Below, piece by piece: positions 23,226-37,400 of a stretch of DNA of 64,000 nt (the stretch's first letter is position 1; every line of letters begins with the position of its first letter). The stretch covers positions 12,958,001-13,022,000 of the forward strand of contig CAIIXF020000001.1 in NCBI GenBank assembly GCA_903813345.2, read 5' to 3'. This DNA comes from Owenia fusiformis (lineage: Eukaryota). Below the pieces are notes generated by a model that saw only the letters and a list, made by a program, of their open reading frames with translations, was not told the origin of the DNA and did no database searches. The position numbers and the translations under genes are program-made.

Positions 23226-26200
23226 CACTGTGCAAAATGTGCGATATCTCCTGTTTTATTTCAGGAGATTTGCATAAATAGTATGCAAATCTCCTTAGAA
23301 TCCCCTAAAATATAGTCAGATATCAAATGTTTAATACGGACAAATGTGAGTATCATACCACCTATATCAAATTATTTGATGATGGTATATCAAAGAATAG
23401 GTCCCAAATTATACTAATCTAAATGGAAATATGATCAGGAGATTTGCTATCTATATTAAATATCTTCTGTCTATACTCTTAAAAACTGACTTTATCTTAC
23501 TATTCATACAGTACTGGATATACACGAATGGAGATATGCAGCCCATTCTGTGCTAGAGACAGCTTATTTCAGCTTATATCAGGAGATACTCCCAAATCAG
23601 ACCCCCAAAACAGGAGATACTCTCACTATACGAAATGACGTCATCAGGTCTTATTGCTTGCAGCGCTAATAAAGTAAAATCACTTATCTAGCTTATTAAC
23701 AACAACTTAAATATTTAAGCTATTAGATAAACAAATTGGAGAAGCTTATCCCTTCTCTGTTGTCTATTAATAAAGTGATTTGTCATTAAGATAAATAACT
23801 TTGTGAATTTAACACTTGGTGAGGTAAAATGTATGTACAAAAGTTAATAAGTATTAGTTACATTCCATTGTTCAAAATTGTTTTCTATAATTTTATATCA
23901 TAGTACCCCACACAAGTACCATTAGATTAATTCATAAATTATAACAAACGGATTAATGTAAACTTGTCATGAGGATTTCTAAATAGAAACTACTTTATCA
24001 AAGGGACTATAATCTGGTGGTTTTTCAGATTTTATAAACACATTGTTTGGGATAACTTAATTGTTTTTTTACACTTATAATACAGCAGATATAATAGATA
24101 ACAGAAAACATTAATTGTGAAATAAAAGGGAATACACGTTGTTTAACAAAGGGCATACAGATTGTAGGTTGTATCTGTGTAAAATGGAGCCTCTGTTCTC
24201 TAATGTAAACTCAATCTGAAGGTGAAACAATGTAGTAAAACCGAGAGGAAAACTCATTCATTAAAATAGTATCTTTCCACAGAATTGATGGATTTAATTC
24301 AAAATTTGACACAATGTTTATCATAGTGTTGGGGACATTATGCCATCAAATTTATTTAAAATAATTCATTTGTAAATTATATTTATTGGAACTTAGAACC
24401 TTCAGTTGTATATATATTAATCCAAATAATATCAATAAACGGATTAGTTTTCAAAACTCATTACACTGAAATTTAATAATTAGGGATTAAACATTTATGT
24501 TTAACTTAGCATTTTGCTCTGACATGTCTCAAGATGTTATTTACATCATTTCCCAATACTACTCAATATTACAGAATATATGACATTTACAATGGTGTGC
24601 ATCATTATACAATAATATGCATTGATTCAATATCCCGAATCCCAATTACTGCTAGCTCAATATTCAGTGTAATTTGACATTTACAATGGTACAATGTATG
24701 CATCATTTCAACAATAGTATGCTTTGATTGAATATCCCAATTATTACTCAATATTATTGTATAAAATGAATTTTAATGGTATGCATCACTCTACGATAGT
24801 TTACATCAATTGTATTTCCCAATTACTGCTCAATATTACAGTATAAAATGACATTTACGATGGTATACATTTCTACAATAGTATGCATTAATGGAATACC
24901 CCAATTACTGATCAATATTACAGTTTAAAATAGAAACAAATGTATTACTGAGACCAATCTTATGTTTATCTCAGATAAGCTAGATAACATAGAACATGAA
25001 TTATGAAGTATTATGTTTCATGCGCTTGTTCTTGTATCTCTAAATGTGATCATGACATTACAGATTAATGCATAAACTCTAACAAATGGATTAATATACT
25101 CAATGTGAAAGAGAAACAATGTAGTACACGTAAAACCGAGAGAAAAACTTATTAAAATTAAAACAGTAACTTTCCACAGAGTTGATGGATTTATTTCAAA
25201 ATTTAACACAATGTTTATCATAGCGTTGGGGACATTATGCCATCAAATTTATTTTAAAGAATTCATTTGCAAATTATTTTTATTGGAACTTAGAACCGTC
25301 AGTTGTAGAAATTAATCCATTAACTTTAGTAAACGGATTAGTTTTCAAAACTCATTCCACTGAATTGAATAATTAGAGATTAAACATTTTAGCATTTTGC
25401 TCTGACATGTCTCAAGATGTTATTTACATCATTTCCTGATTACTACTCAATATTACAGAATATATGACATTTACAATGGTATGCATCATTCTACAATAGT
25501 ATGCATTGATTCAATATCCCGAATCCCGATTATTGCTCAATATTCAGTGTAACTTGACATTTACAATGGTGTGCATCATTTCAACAATAGTATGCATTGA
25601 TTGAATATCCCAATTATTACTCAATATCATTGTATAAAATGACATTTTAATGGTATGCATCATTCTACAATAGTTTGCATTAATTGATTTTCCCAATTAC
25701 TGCTCAATATTACAGTATAAATGACATTTACAATAGTATGCATCATTCTACAATAATACGCATTAATGGAATTTCCCAATTACTGATCAATATCACAGTG
25801 TAAAATAGAAACAAATGTATTACTGAGACCAATCTGATGTTTATTTCAGATAATCTAGATAACATAGAACATGAATTATGAAGCATTAAGTTCCATGCTA
25901 TTTACTTGCATCTCTAAATGCACCAATGAGATGTGTTATAAACTCTAACAAACGGATTAATTATCAATGTAAATTTGTCATGGTGAAATTCTAAATAGAA
26001 ACAGCTTAATCTCTGATATTTTAAACAAATTGTTTGAGTTTACTTAACTGTTTTTAACATTAAATAGCTTTTCTTGTCAGGTGTAAACAATCTGCAGAGT
26101 AAAACCGATCGAGAGAAAAACTCAATAATTAAAAAAATAACTTTCCATGGAGTTGATCAATTAAATTCAAAATTTAACACAAATTTATCATAGCATTAGG

Positions 26201-26734
26201 GACATTATACAATTAAATGTATATAAAAAAAATGTACTCAAAAATTATTTTTGAGTAAATAAGAACCCTCGGTTGTAGAAAATTAATCCATTCACTCTAA
26301 CAAACGGATTAATTATCAATGTAAACAAGTCATCAATCATTAATAAGCCAGATAAGTTACAGAAATAAGATGTGATGACGTCATTTCGTATAGTTAGCGT
26401 ATCTCTTGTTTTTGGAGCTCTGATTTAATAGTATATCCTGGTATATGCTAGAAGAAGCTGTTGTTCATAGAATCGGCTAGTATATCCTTTCTGTAGATCT
26501 GAAAGAGTAGTAGACAAACTATATGTTAGCCTTGATATATAACACAGCTTATATTAGTTCATATTTAGTAGAGTAGCAAATAGTATCAACTATACTAGTT
26601 GTCCGCCAAATATCTGGATATAGCATGTGTCTATACAACACGGGAGATACGGGAGATATTTCACACTATGACAGTTGATATTAGGGCACAGTTAATAGGA
26701 TATTCTATTACTATATAGCCTTTTTTGCACAGTG
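23226..26734. mobile_element. Non-autonomous CACTA/CMC-like DNA transposon with internal ~0.9-kb tandem duplication
   Basis: TAG|CACTGTGCAAAA...TTTTGCACAGTG|TAG (3-bp TSD). Subterminal inverted motif TATACGAAATGACGTCATCA (~23628/~26373); direct repeat ~24235-25020 versus ~25130-25900. Confidence 0.8.
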
Positions 26735-27470
26735 TAGTACTCCAGTTATTAAGAAATAAAACTCTGAAGTGGGAATGTTGCAAGAACATTGAAAAAAATA
26801 TCCGACCATTTTTCTCGAAAGGGTCAGATATTAAAAATATATCCGGCAGTTTTCAGAAAAGAGCAGAGTATTGCCAAATTACAAGCAACTAAGAACCAAT
26901 CAGATTTGAGTATTTTAATGAGGTGCATAATAAACATAATATACTTTTCTCTATATTGTTTTAGAAAACACACTAGATTCTTCTTTTGTTCTTGGTATCA
27001 TATGCTCGGAAATGAAATGAAACCGAACCTCATTCACGGTCCACATCCCACTCCGTATGATATGGTCCGTTCGTGTGCACAAGATCCGACCATACCGTCT
27101 CTATAGGGAAATTCGGAGGTGAGTTGCATTATTAGAGTATTCTTTGATTTTACATTTATACTGCGCTATTTAAATTGATAAATATATGAATATTAAATTG
27201 AAAAAAGTTGTCTAAGTATGTGAATGCTCAAAAACATTGGATTTATTTGTGGTGACGACATACATGCGGAGAGAGTGAGTTTCTACTTCCTTATCGTCAT
27301 TAACAAGTTGGTCGGATCCTAGCTATGGTAGGGTCGGATCCTTCTATTCGAGATTTAAACCACATTTTCATGTACTTTTGTGATGTAATACGTTATGTTT
27401 GTTTATCAGTCGCACGCATTAATGCATGTACTTTATAAATTGCACGAAATTAGATATGTATACGGTAATA

Positions 27471-28442
27471 CAGGGCGTATCAAAAAAAGCAACAATTAGT
27501 TATCTCGTAAAATCACAAAACTACTGATGACTACATCAATTTCATTTAACGTACCATAAAGCCACATCTCTCCTCTTTGCAATGATATGTCATTCATTCA
27601 CATGTGGTAATGGTTGGGTGAGAAATCCTTCCATTTGCACAGTTGGTCAAAATCGGCTCTGCACCAAGTTTTAGATATTGAAAACACCAGTGCAAGGGCT
27701 AAGTGCTAATGGAAGTTCCCCTGACTTGAATTGTTGTGACTTTTTTCTTTTGGAGCTATCTCAGGAGCATCTGTGCTCACAATTCCTCCACCAGATATTG
27801 CAAAACCTCGAGAAAGATTTGCCCATGGGCTGCTTATGATTCAGGGCTGAACCATGCATGACGTGGACAGATGAGCGCATCTTTATGCGCAAGGAAGTGG
27901 TGGCAATTTGGAGGGGTATAGGATGTTTTCTTGCAAGAGTATGAGTATGAACACTTTACTGTCTATGCCATACCTGTCACACCTTCTTCCAATAGCCCCA
28001 ATGCCCCTTATACTGACTTTTGCAATGTTTTAAACTTGGGTCCGAGCTGAAATTTGCCCCACTTTGCAAAATTAATGATCATTCGGCCAGAGATGACTCC
28101 ATGTGAATGAATAATATTCCATTACAAAGAGGAGTAATTTGGTTTTTGGTACATTGAATCAAAAGGATGCAGTCAGCATTGGTTTTATGTTTTCATCCAA
28201 TATTGCATCGGGCTCCGTACATTGACTTTTGCAATGTTTATAACTTGGCCGAAGCTAATTTTGGCCCACTTTGCAAATGGAATGATTACTCGCCCAACCA
28301 TGACCAAATATCAATGAATGATATATCATTGTAAAGAGGAGACACATGGCTTTATGGTGCATTGAATGAAATCAATGCTGTTATCACTGGTTTTGTGCTT
28401 TTCCAAGATAACAATCTGTTGCGTTTTTTTTGATACGCATTG
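27471..28442 (+). mobile_element. Deleted Tc1/mariner element with transposase C-terminal remnant
   Basis: TA|CAGGGCGTATCAAAAAAA...TTTTTTTGATACGCATTG|TA with ~220-bp imperfect TIRs. Frameshifted SPDLNCCDFFL/WSYL at ~27717-27775 resembles the Tc1/mariner SPDLNP.DFFLWGYLK motif. Confidence 0.8.
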
Positions 28443-29881
28443 TATAAAAGAATTGCAATTGAAGTGTATTCTGTCCTGAAAAGTCTATTGCTCGACCTAT
28501 TTTGAAAATACCCTCATTGGAACAAAATGACCGAGAGGGTGCTTTAATGTAAGAAGAAGGTTGTGAGTTTTGTTGTAAAATTTTTCAGTCTATGTTGATT
28601 GACATTGTTCCATAGATTATCTCTTCCATACCTTAGTTCATGGAATTAAGTAATTACTGAACGTGAGACAGAGATGCTAAGAAAAAATGGGCCTAGTTTA
28701 TTCTGATACTAGGGTCTATTCCATTATATTGGTTTTGAAGTCTTGATTTGAACCGATCAGTATTCAGTTCTCCATTCTCCTCGATAAGTTTGAAATACTC
28801 CAAAAGAACTACGTGAATAATACCTGATTATTTTTTACTGTAAGGTGAGAAAATGCATTGGTATTCCCTTCACTATTGTTTTATTTGGATTTCCATTGTA
28901 ACGGGATGAGTTGACTACTTCCTGAAATTCATGAATTTCCAATTCCTGAATTAATAGTATACATTTAGTCTCGTGTAGAAGTCAAGTTAAAGAAACGTAA
29001 GAGAAAAAAATATGCGTATCATAATGCAGAGATAGTCTGAAGAAAATTTAACTTGAAAGATTAATATAAGATAAAAAGTGGATAGGGCTTCAGCTCTATG
29101 CATTGAGCATATGCATGAACATTTAACATTGGTTCTGTTTTGATCCATCAAAACCTGGAACTCGGTCGTGCAACATCATAAACACAATTCCAAGGTATAT
29201 GTGAGTCAAGGCTCATTCCAGGTCAGAGTAAACTAACGTGACTAACTTGCGGATGTTATTTACAAGAGGATTATTATGAAGGAAAATATATTGTGCCATT
29301 ACTAATGATAACAATTTATTTAACCACAACGTAGTCTTATGAAGTGAAGCTGAACAGAATACATTAACTTTATTTGAACTATTTAAATATAATTTCTCAT
29401 TTATTATCATTACCTGAACGTATAATTGAATCAACAGATCTCGAGTTCTCATGATCAAGGCCTGGGCGAGAGTACACCTCGATATTAGATATTGATAAAA
29501 TTCAAAACAAATACCAAGAATATAAGAATATCGCAATAAAATGGAAGAGAATTAGAATTATCCCCAGGCTTAGTCACAGTTGGTAAAATATATGGGCATT
29601 TCACAAAATCAGTATATTGTTTTTACTTTAAAAATGATAAAAGGTTTAATTGCATGAAAGTATGCCTTTATAAGAGTACACGCTCTTTTACCAAAATATT
29701 ATCCAAGATTTCAATGGATTCTGACGAATTAATTCCCGTGAAATGGAAAATGTGGAAAATATTTGAAAAATTTCCGTTCATTTAAACTTTAGAGGGCATT
29801 GGAAACAAGGAAATTGATGATTAATTGTTTTCGTGATTACTTTGTTATGCAATCTTATGTAACTCAATGTAAGCTTCTTTT

Positions 29882-30808
29882 TATCGCACTTTGAAAAAGT
29901 GCTATATTGTCGTCGTCTTGTGCTGTTGGGCGGGCGTGCGGGCGTGCGGATGTGCGGGCGTGCGGGCGTGCGGATGTGCGGGCGTGCGGGCGTGCGGATG
30001 TGCGGGCGTGCGGGCGTGCGGATGTGCGGGCGTGCGGGCGTGCGGGCGGCACATAAACCAAATCTTGTCATCAAATTTCCAGTATAACTGCTTACCTGTT
30101 CAACTTGAAATTTTTACAGATGCAAGAGCAGACTAGTGCCAAGATCTGATTAGGTTAAGGGCATGCTGGGTAAACTATGTGGCGGCCATTTTGAATTTTT
30201 CAACAAATCTTGTCATCAAAATTCCAGGAAAACCACTTATCCGTTCAACTTGAAATTTTTACAGAAGCAAGAGCAGACTATTGCCGAGATCTGATTAGGT
30301 TTTGGGTATGCTGGCTGAATTACATGGTGGCCATTTTGAATTTTTCAATTTGGCGGCCATTTTGAATTTTTCAACTTGCTCCAAATTGACGAAATTTTTT
30401 TTTTAAAAACATCTACAAGTTCTCAGAAGTTCAAATCTGACCTTAGATTTCAGATTTGACCTTTCGTTGACCTTCAGTGACCTTGAAAGGTCAAAAATTT
30501 GATTTTCTAAATTGATATTTTGGATTTAAATTTAGGTCAGCTTAATTACTAAACACCTACTGAGGTCTGAAAAAGTGAAATTTTCAAGGTCGAAGGTCAT
30601 CAAATTAGGTCACAAACAATGTTATCTAAATTTTCCCAAAGTTCAAGACTACAAATAAATTCTTGTCATCAAAATTGCAGGAAAACCGCTAATCTTGTCA
30701 ACTTGAAATGTTTACAGATGCAAGAGCAGACTAGTGCCAAGGTCTGATTAGGTTTTGGCCATGCTGGGTAAATTGCATGGTGGCCAGTTTGCTCTTCAAA
30801 GTGCGATA
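29882..30808 (+). mobile_element. Helentron-associated (DINE-1/HINE-like) element
   Basis: T-run target; 5' subTIR/hairpin TATCGCACTTTGAAAAAGTGCTATA; GC-rich microsatellite; three ~140-bp core repeats (~30061, 30206, 30658); 3' subTIR TTCAAAGTGCGATA. Confidence 0.65.
29928..30047 (+). repeat. GC-rich minisatellite: 8-bp monomers in a 24-bp unit GCGGGCGTGCGGGCGTGCGGATGT
   Basis: Four full 24-mers plus a partial one; source of four spurious repetitive ORFs. Confidence 0.95.
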
Positions 30809-31499
30809 TTTATCACTGTGTGTCTTGTTTTATTCAACATAACGCAGTACTATACAAAATACTTTATGCAACTCTAAACACATTTCTTGTTGTTTCACAT
30901 TATTTAGGTTAGTGAGAAATTGCTCACAAGGGTAGCTATCGTTCTTAGAGTAAAGCATTTTATTTTTTATTTTTAGTTCTGATTGAAAAAAGTACCCTGC
31001 GCACATAGTCTAGTTATAAACTACAAAGACGAAAGTATCTTTTAAGAAGTGAAGTCTAACGAACGCAATACTTAACAAGTCGAACAATGTTATTGAAGGT
31101 AAATTAATATCATTGAAGGCAATTATTATATATAGATGGCAGAAAAAATGATTTTTGCAAAGAATTTGCCATCTGCGACCTTAAAACCAGTATTAATTCT
31201 TGGGATCACAAAATTTTAAAGATGCTCTTCACGCGATATGGATGTTTGGTAGGGAAAACAGTTTCATTGATTAAAGTCGTAATGGGTTACAAACAGCACC
31301 AACAATCTATACTAAGATATATCGAAGAAAAGTTAGTAAAATTTTGCACTATGTTTTACTTTAGTTGGTGGTTGTTGGTGAAAAATGTAGGTTTGTTTTT
31401 CATATTCCAGATATTTCCTTATTGAAAAACAGGAAGATTTATGAGTGCAATTTAGGTAAAACAATGTGCGTCAACTAATTTTTATTAACTAAAATGTTA

Positions 31500-34400
31500 T
31501 TAAACACATTCAATTTCACATGTCTGAACGATCTTAGTAGTTTGGTCAGACAACCATGCTGAAAATTCCAAAGTGAATTTTCCTCTCTTTGAGCATATAA
31601 ATTTGGTTTCGTATGGCACGCCATTAGGTTTATCTGAAGTTATGCCAAGTCTGGTAGTTGTCGATTTTGGAATCTTCACCTTCTTGGTATCAGTTAAGCC
31701 CCTGCACGGACCATCGATCCTGTAAATTGAGAATATCAAAATTGAAATCTACATATGACCGTAGGCTAAAACGTGTAGAAGAGATTATAGAGTGTTAGGA
31801 ATGTTTGTAGCAATCAAAGGCACGTCATTCTGTAAAAGGAATTGAAATATCTCATTAAAAACAAAAGTTACTGAAGATTAGAATAAAGAAATGTCCAAAT
31901 TCATCAGAATTAAAAAGGGACGTCAACTTTCTCATTTTTGCCAAATATATACAGAATATCAAATTATTTTGAGTGATATTATTTTCATCGACGAGTTGAT
32001 ATTAAATATCAACACGAGTGGGCGAACGTGAATGCGTGTTGATATTCGATATCTACGGGGCGATATGATATCACGAGAAATGATCTGATTGGTTATCATG
32101 ACTTTGGATTTATCTCATGTTACATGGTTCTGGCGCGAAATTCAAATTCGTTTATCATACGGATATCCCAACTCCCCTTTTTACTTTTACAATGTTAGAA
32201 TATATGAGTTTAAAATATATCTCTATACTATTTTAAATAAACTTACAAAACATGGTACACGACTTCAGTTGTTTTTGATTTGCTTGGATTAATAAAGGCA
32301 TGTTTTAGAATGACCTCTATGAACGCATCCTGGCCTATTTTCACGGTATTAGTTTTGCTGTTTCTAGCTCCACAGACTTTCATCTCGGCAGCAAACTGAG
32401 CAACAACTACATTAGCTGTAAAATAGGAATTATTATCTTACCATTCCGACGAAAGATCATAGAAGAATAACCAAGGAGGATTGGCTCCCAGAGTGCAACA
32501 TCGATATTTTTGCCATATATGGACATGCCGTGATTACTAAATTCGAATTCAAACAACCGCCATTTTGTTCACTTCAACATCTGAATCCTTTTTTCCAAAC
32601 GAAAAATTCCAAAACTCACTAGAAATGATCAAGATATTGGTTCTGATATTTTGGACTGTTTATTTTGAATTTAAAGACGGTTAAAATTTCAGATATTAAC
32701 GACATTTTGACGTTTTCATTGTTGGAAAATACCGCGTTTCGATCCTGGGAGCCAATCCTCCTTGGAGAATAACCTATCGTACCATGGAAATATGAACTTC
32801 TATATTATTGGTCTATGACTGACGTCAACCACGCCATATCATCATCGCTGATTGGTCGAAAAACATTATTGGACAGAAATAAAATGAATGATTCAACATT
32901 TTGAAAACAAATATAATGACTTGTTATTGAACACCTAGATATAAAAGACGCAAGAAATATGTTTTCGCAATTAAACATCACACCGCGATGTTTAGTTTAA
33001 AGCCCCCAAAGTTTAAACCACTTTGGCTTGTATTGAAGTTTTACCGAATGTTACCGAAGAAACCCTTTTCAAAAAATTGTTTTTGAAAGACTCTTTGTTC
33101 GAAAAATCGTGAATAATAATAATAAGCGATAATAATAACTTTTACAGTCATAATAACAAATAGTAAATGAATAATGAACACATATTTTCAAACTTAAAAT
33201 GGGGACTTGACTCAGTATGTGGACTGATTCATTATTCAAAAAGGTATTATTTCAACATTTGCACTAGATGCACAGCATCGAGTGGAACGTTTACGAAATA
33301 ATGCCCGAGTGGAATGAATCAGCCACAATGCATTAAGTCTTGGGGTTAAATTCTTTTCACACATTGCAAAATATTTTCTTCGAAATCACCTAAAAGATAA
33401 GAAATCACTAAAACAACATATTTTCAGGGTCAAGTTGGCAAAGCATCAATTTCAATTTGTAGGGTCAAATTGTCACCTTGACAACCATTCTTATTGTTCT
33501 CATCTCAAAATAACCTATGGAGGTCAATATAATGTTTGTTATTTTCTTAAGTAAATAGCTGAAAATCAAAAGCAGTGCTGCCTTCTTTTATTCAGATTTT
33601 TTCTTGGGCCAGACTTTCATTGACTTCCATATTAAGATCTTTATTTCATGATTTATCAAGTGTTGGTTGAATCTGTTTAAAACTTGATTGATATATCATG
33701 AACCTTTTAACATCCTTATTGTGATCAAATTTGGGTTGTCAAACTAATAAACCAAGGTTTTTAGACAATTTAAACATTGCATCAATGGAGATTTGGCCCA
33801 AGTTTTTTTAAAAGTCATGAAAAATGTTTTAAATAACATAACTGTATAAATCAAAGTTGTTCCTGGGGACAGTTCACTGAATTCAAATATGAAAAGAAGG
33901 CAAAGTAAGTAATATAGAGGTCTAATATGCAAATCTCTTAAAATCTCACGAAAAACGAGATTTAGTGAGATTTCAAAAGCTATATGGAAACTGTACTTTA
34001 AAGTCACCTTTAACGCAACTTGGCCTGCTACCAATCCATATCCCATCGCTACTACATGTCCTGTACTTACTACCCACAAGGGTAAATCCTGTATCACATA
34101 CATACGTAGCTCTTGTTCGTGGTTTGCTAGACAACATTGAAGTCATGAATGGAGTTACGTACCCATTTTCTGGTGATTTCAGTTGTGGGCACCTAAATGC
34201 TGAAAAATGCACATACATGTTCATGAATAATCTATCAAAATGCAAATCATGATGCAGTTGTGGAGTTGTAAGATGGCTAAAAACTACTTTCAATTGCAGT
34301 TATTCCCCTTCATCGGGTACATCGTGCCCATCTAGTAACGTAAACCATGGTCTCTACATCAAAGCATCCAGTCGTCTAATTCTAAATCCTGGCTACGGCC

Positions 34401-37400
34401 CTGGTAGTCATTTTAATATTCTGGGTGAATTCACTTTTCCATATTATGGGCGTTAACATATGTCAAGATGTTCAATAACTTCCACATATTGCAAGTCCCT
34501 ATTAACTTACCACATCCGAATATTTTATCACATGTATTCCCAGCCCTTTTTTGGGCGCACGTATTCTCGTCTTTGTGGTCTGAAATAAAAGCAAGCATCT
34601 TAGTTGTAGCCTGAGCATACATGTATGTATCGTACATAAATTGCAGATTTTTTTAAATTAAAATCAATGTAACATATTTACAGGTTGTAGTGGCTATAAT
34701 AATAATTATATTGAATAGAAATTTAGTCTAATAAAAAGCATGAATTCTGCCGAGCACTTTACATTTTATAGCTTACTAAAAAATGGCGTAAGATAACTAA
34801 GGCAAAAACCAAGTAACCTATTCCGACTGGATCACAAAATCGTAGAGACCCATCACACAATTTTGAACTTTGGCAAGATGCGCTCTCAGGCCCACTAAGT
34901 TTGAAGCAGGTATCACAGGTGTATTTCACCGTACAGACACCGCTTCGCGGACAATCCACTGTCATGTCACCATTTCTCGGCTTCGACGGCACATGTGTTC
35001 TAGTCACTGAAACAAAAAGTGATGTAAATCTGTTAAACGCCCAATGAAGTGTTTCACAACTTTGGCTCGTAGTACCATTGTTTTATTCAATGTAATAGTA
35101 TAGTTTCCATATAGCTTTTGAAATCTCGCTAAATCTCGTTTTTCGTGAGATTTTAAGAGACTTGCATATTAGACCTCTAATGACTTACATTACCTTCTTT
35201 TAAATGGTATATTTGAATTCAGTGGAATGTTTTCTCCTAAAATAGCTTTGATTTACACAGTTATGTAATTTGAATAATTTTCTATGACAATTTAAAAAAA
35301 GTTGGGCCAAATGTCCATAGATGCAATGCTAAAATTCTTTAAAACCGTGGATTATTTGTATGTCAATCAACATTAGCATGTTTAATCACAACATGTTCAT
35401 AAACAGGGTCATCATGTGGTATATCATTCAAGTTTTATACAGATTCAACAAACACACTTTGATAAATCATGAAATTTAGCCACTTTTCCAAGATTTTAGC
35501 ATGTAAGTGAATGGAGCTCTAGCCAGAGTTAAAAGCTGAATAAAAGATGGCAGCACGAGATTTCATTGATTTTTCTGCTATTTAGAAACTATCCTATTAA
35601 GGTGTGATATGAACAATGGCTATGCTGATTTATGCTTAGCTACTCTAGTTTCAGAGTTAATAAGTAAGTAAATGTTATCATCGGAGCGTCACAGGAAATA
35701 ACAGGAACTTTAAACCTGATCTCTCGGAAACTACTGATTTGTCTTGCTATTGTCCTGAAAACCACGGACCTGATGAAAACATTATATGACGTGTACAGAT
35801 TTAGATTTAGATTTATGAACTTTATTACACATTCATACCCATAAAAGGTTAAGTGTACACAAAGTAAACACTAATTTTACAATATATCAATACAACAGAA
35901 AACAGTATATATAACAACACACAAAATTAACACTTCATAATAAATAAATAAGTACATGACGTAACGTATAAATATGTCACCTGGCCTCATCGTGGTTGTC
36001 GTTGTAGTAGTTGTAGTGGTTCTCTCGATTTTCAGAGGATGCACTCTATCTGCGAACTGTTTTAAGTAGTTACCATGTGGCGAGTACTGACAACAAACGG
36101 TATAAGAGTGCCAATTTCCTCGTTTTCCACTTGCTAGACCACAACCAAGGTACTTAGTGTTATCCCACACTATCTGAAAAGTAAGACAGGAATTAGGCTA
36201 GCGACTCTCATTTTAGAACAATTCGCGCTTTGCAATTTTGCAATAATTTTTCAAATTAATTATATTGATTTTACAGAATATTTCGCACGTGGTGTTTAGT
36301 TTTTTTACATTACTTTCGAAGGCGATGCTCTATATATTATTTGTATCGTAGTTTCTAAAAAGGACAATTTACTCACTTGTGTGAAGTGACCAGTCTTTGA
36401 GCTAAAGCCAGGATTTTTGAAATCGTAATACTTGATCTCATTATACCTAACAAACACACCATGTACATTACGTGCGTATTTAGCGTGTTTGGTCGTGGGC
36501 CAACCGACCAAGCAGTTTGCAAACTGACAGCATTTTGGATTCGCGCATGTACGAAAGTTGACACAAGAGGTAGAGGAATAAATAATCAGTTTAATCATAC
36601 CCAGCTAAATACCCAACAAAATTAACAGAAATGGTTTGCAAAATATTGTTTGTTTTGGGCAAAGCGAATATGGTAATGGCATTTATGCTCACCAATCCTG
36701 TGGTGCTTTTTTCCCCATGTAGTTGTTCATTAGATTTGCTTGTGACCGGACAGAAATGGACCTCCAAAGATTCTCTCCGGCGTGGGGATCCTGACGTGAT
36801 GAAGATGGTGAATGGGCAAACCTGGATAAAAGAAGTTCCATACAATTGAAAATTGAAGTTTAGAACAACTTGAGAAATAGATATTTCAAGATCATAAAGA
36901 ATATTCATATGTCAAAAAAGTCAAAAAAGTAGACATTACAAAAACTACAGAAGCTAATTAGTATCGTTTTGAATCTCCAACCTATTCAAAAGCCTCCACG
37001 AACTGAAATGATATTACTTTGAAAGTCGTCAATTGTTCCATAAATGGCGTCTCTAAAGTTCGCCTTGTTTGAAAATGGCAGTTATTTCTAGTGCTGAAAA
37101 ATCAGTTTTCAGCTCGTTGATCATAAGATCAATTTACTTAAAACAATGTCTAAAAGTTTCTGCGAAGCAAGTCGCAAAGATTCAAAATGGCCGCCACTTT
37201 TATCATAGAAAAATCAGTTTACAGCTTATTTTGGTCATACCTCCACAAGCATTCCATCAATTTGCTTGAAATTGTCATAACTCCACAAATATTCCATCAT
37301 TTTGCTTGAAATCATACAGGTATCTTATTTTCTAGGTTATCAACAATGTCTACAAGTTTAACAGTAAAATATGTTATGTTGCAAAGATTCGAAATGAGGG

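Noticed and set aside
27028-28518. CCTCATT direct repeat as the TSD of a 1.5-kb insertion
   Set aside because: No terminal inverted repeats or other hallmarks at the implied ends; could be chance.
29778-30136. Four repetitive ORFs (RTPARPHI, CAGVRACG etc.) resembling Cys-rich or metallothionein-like peptides
   Set aside because: All are translations of the 24-bp minisatellite, open in several frames on both strands.
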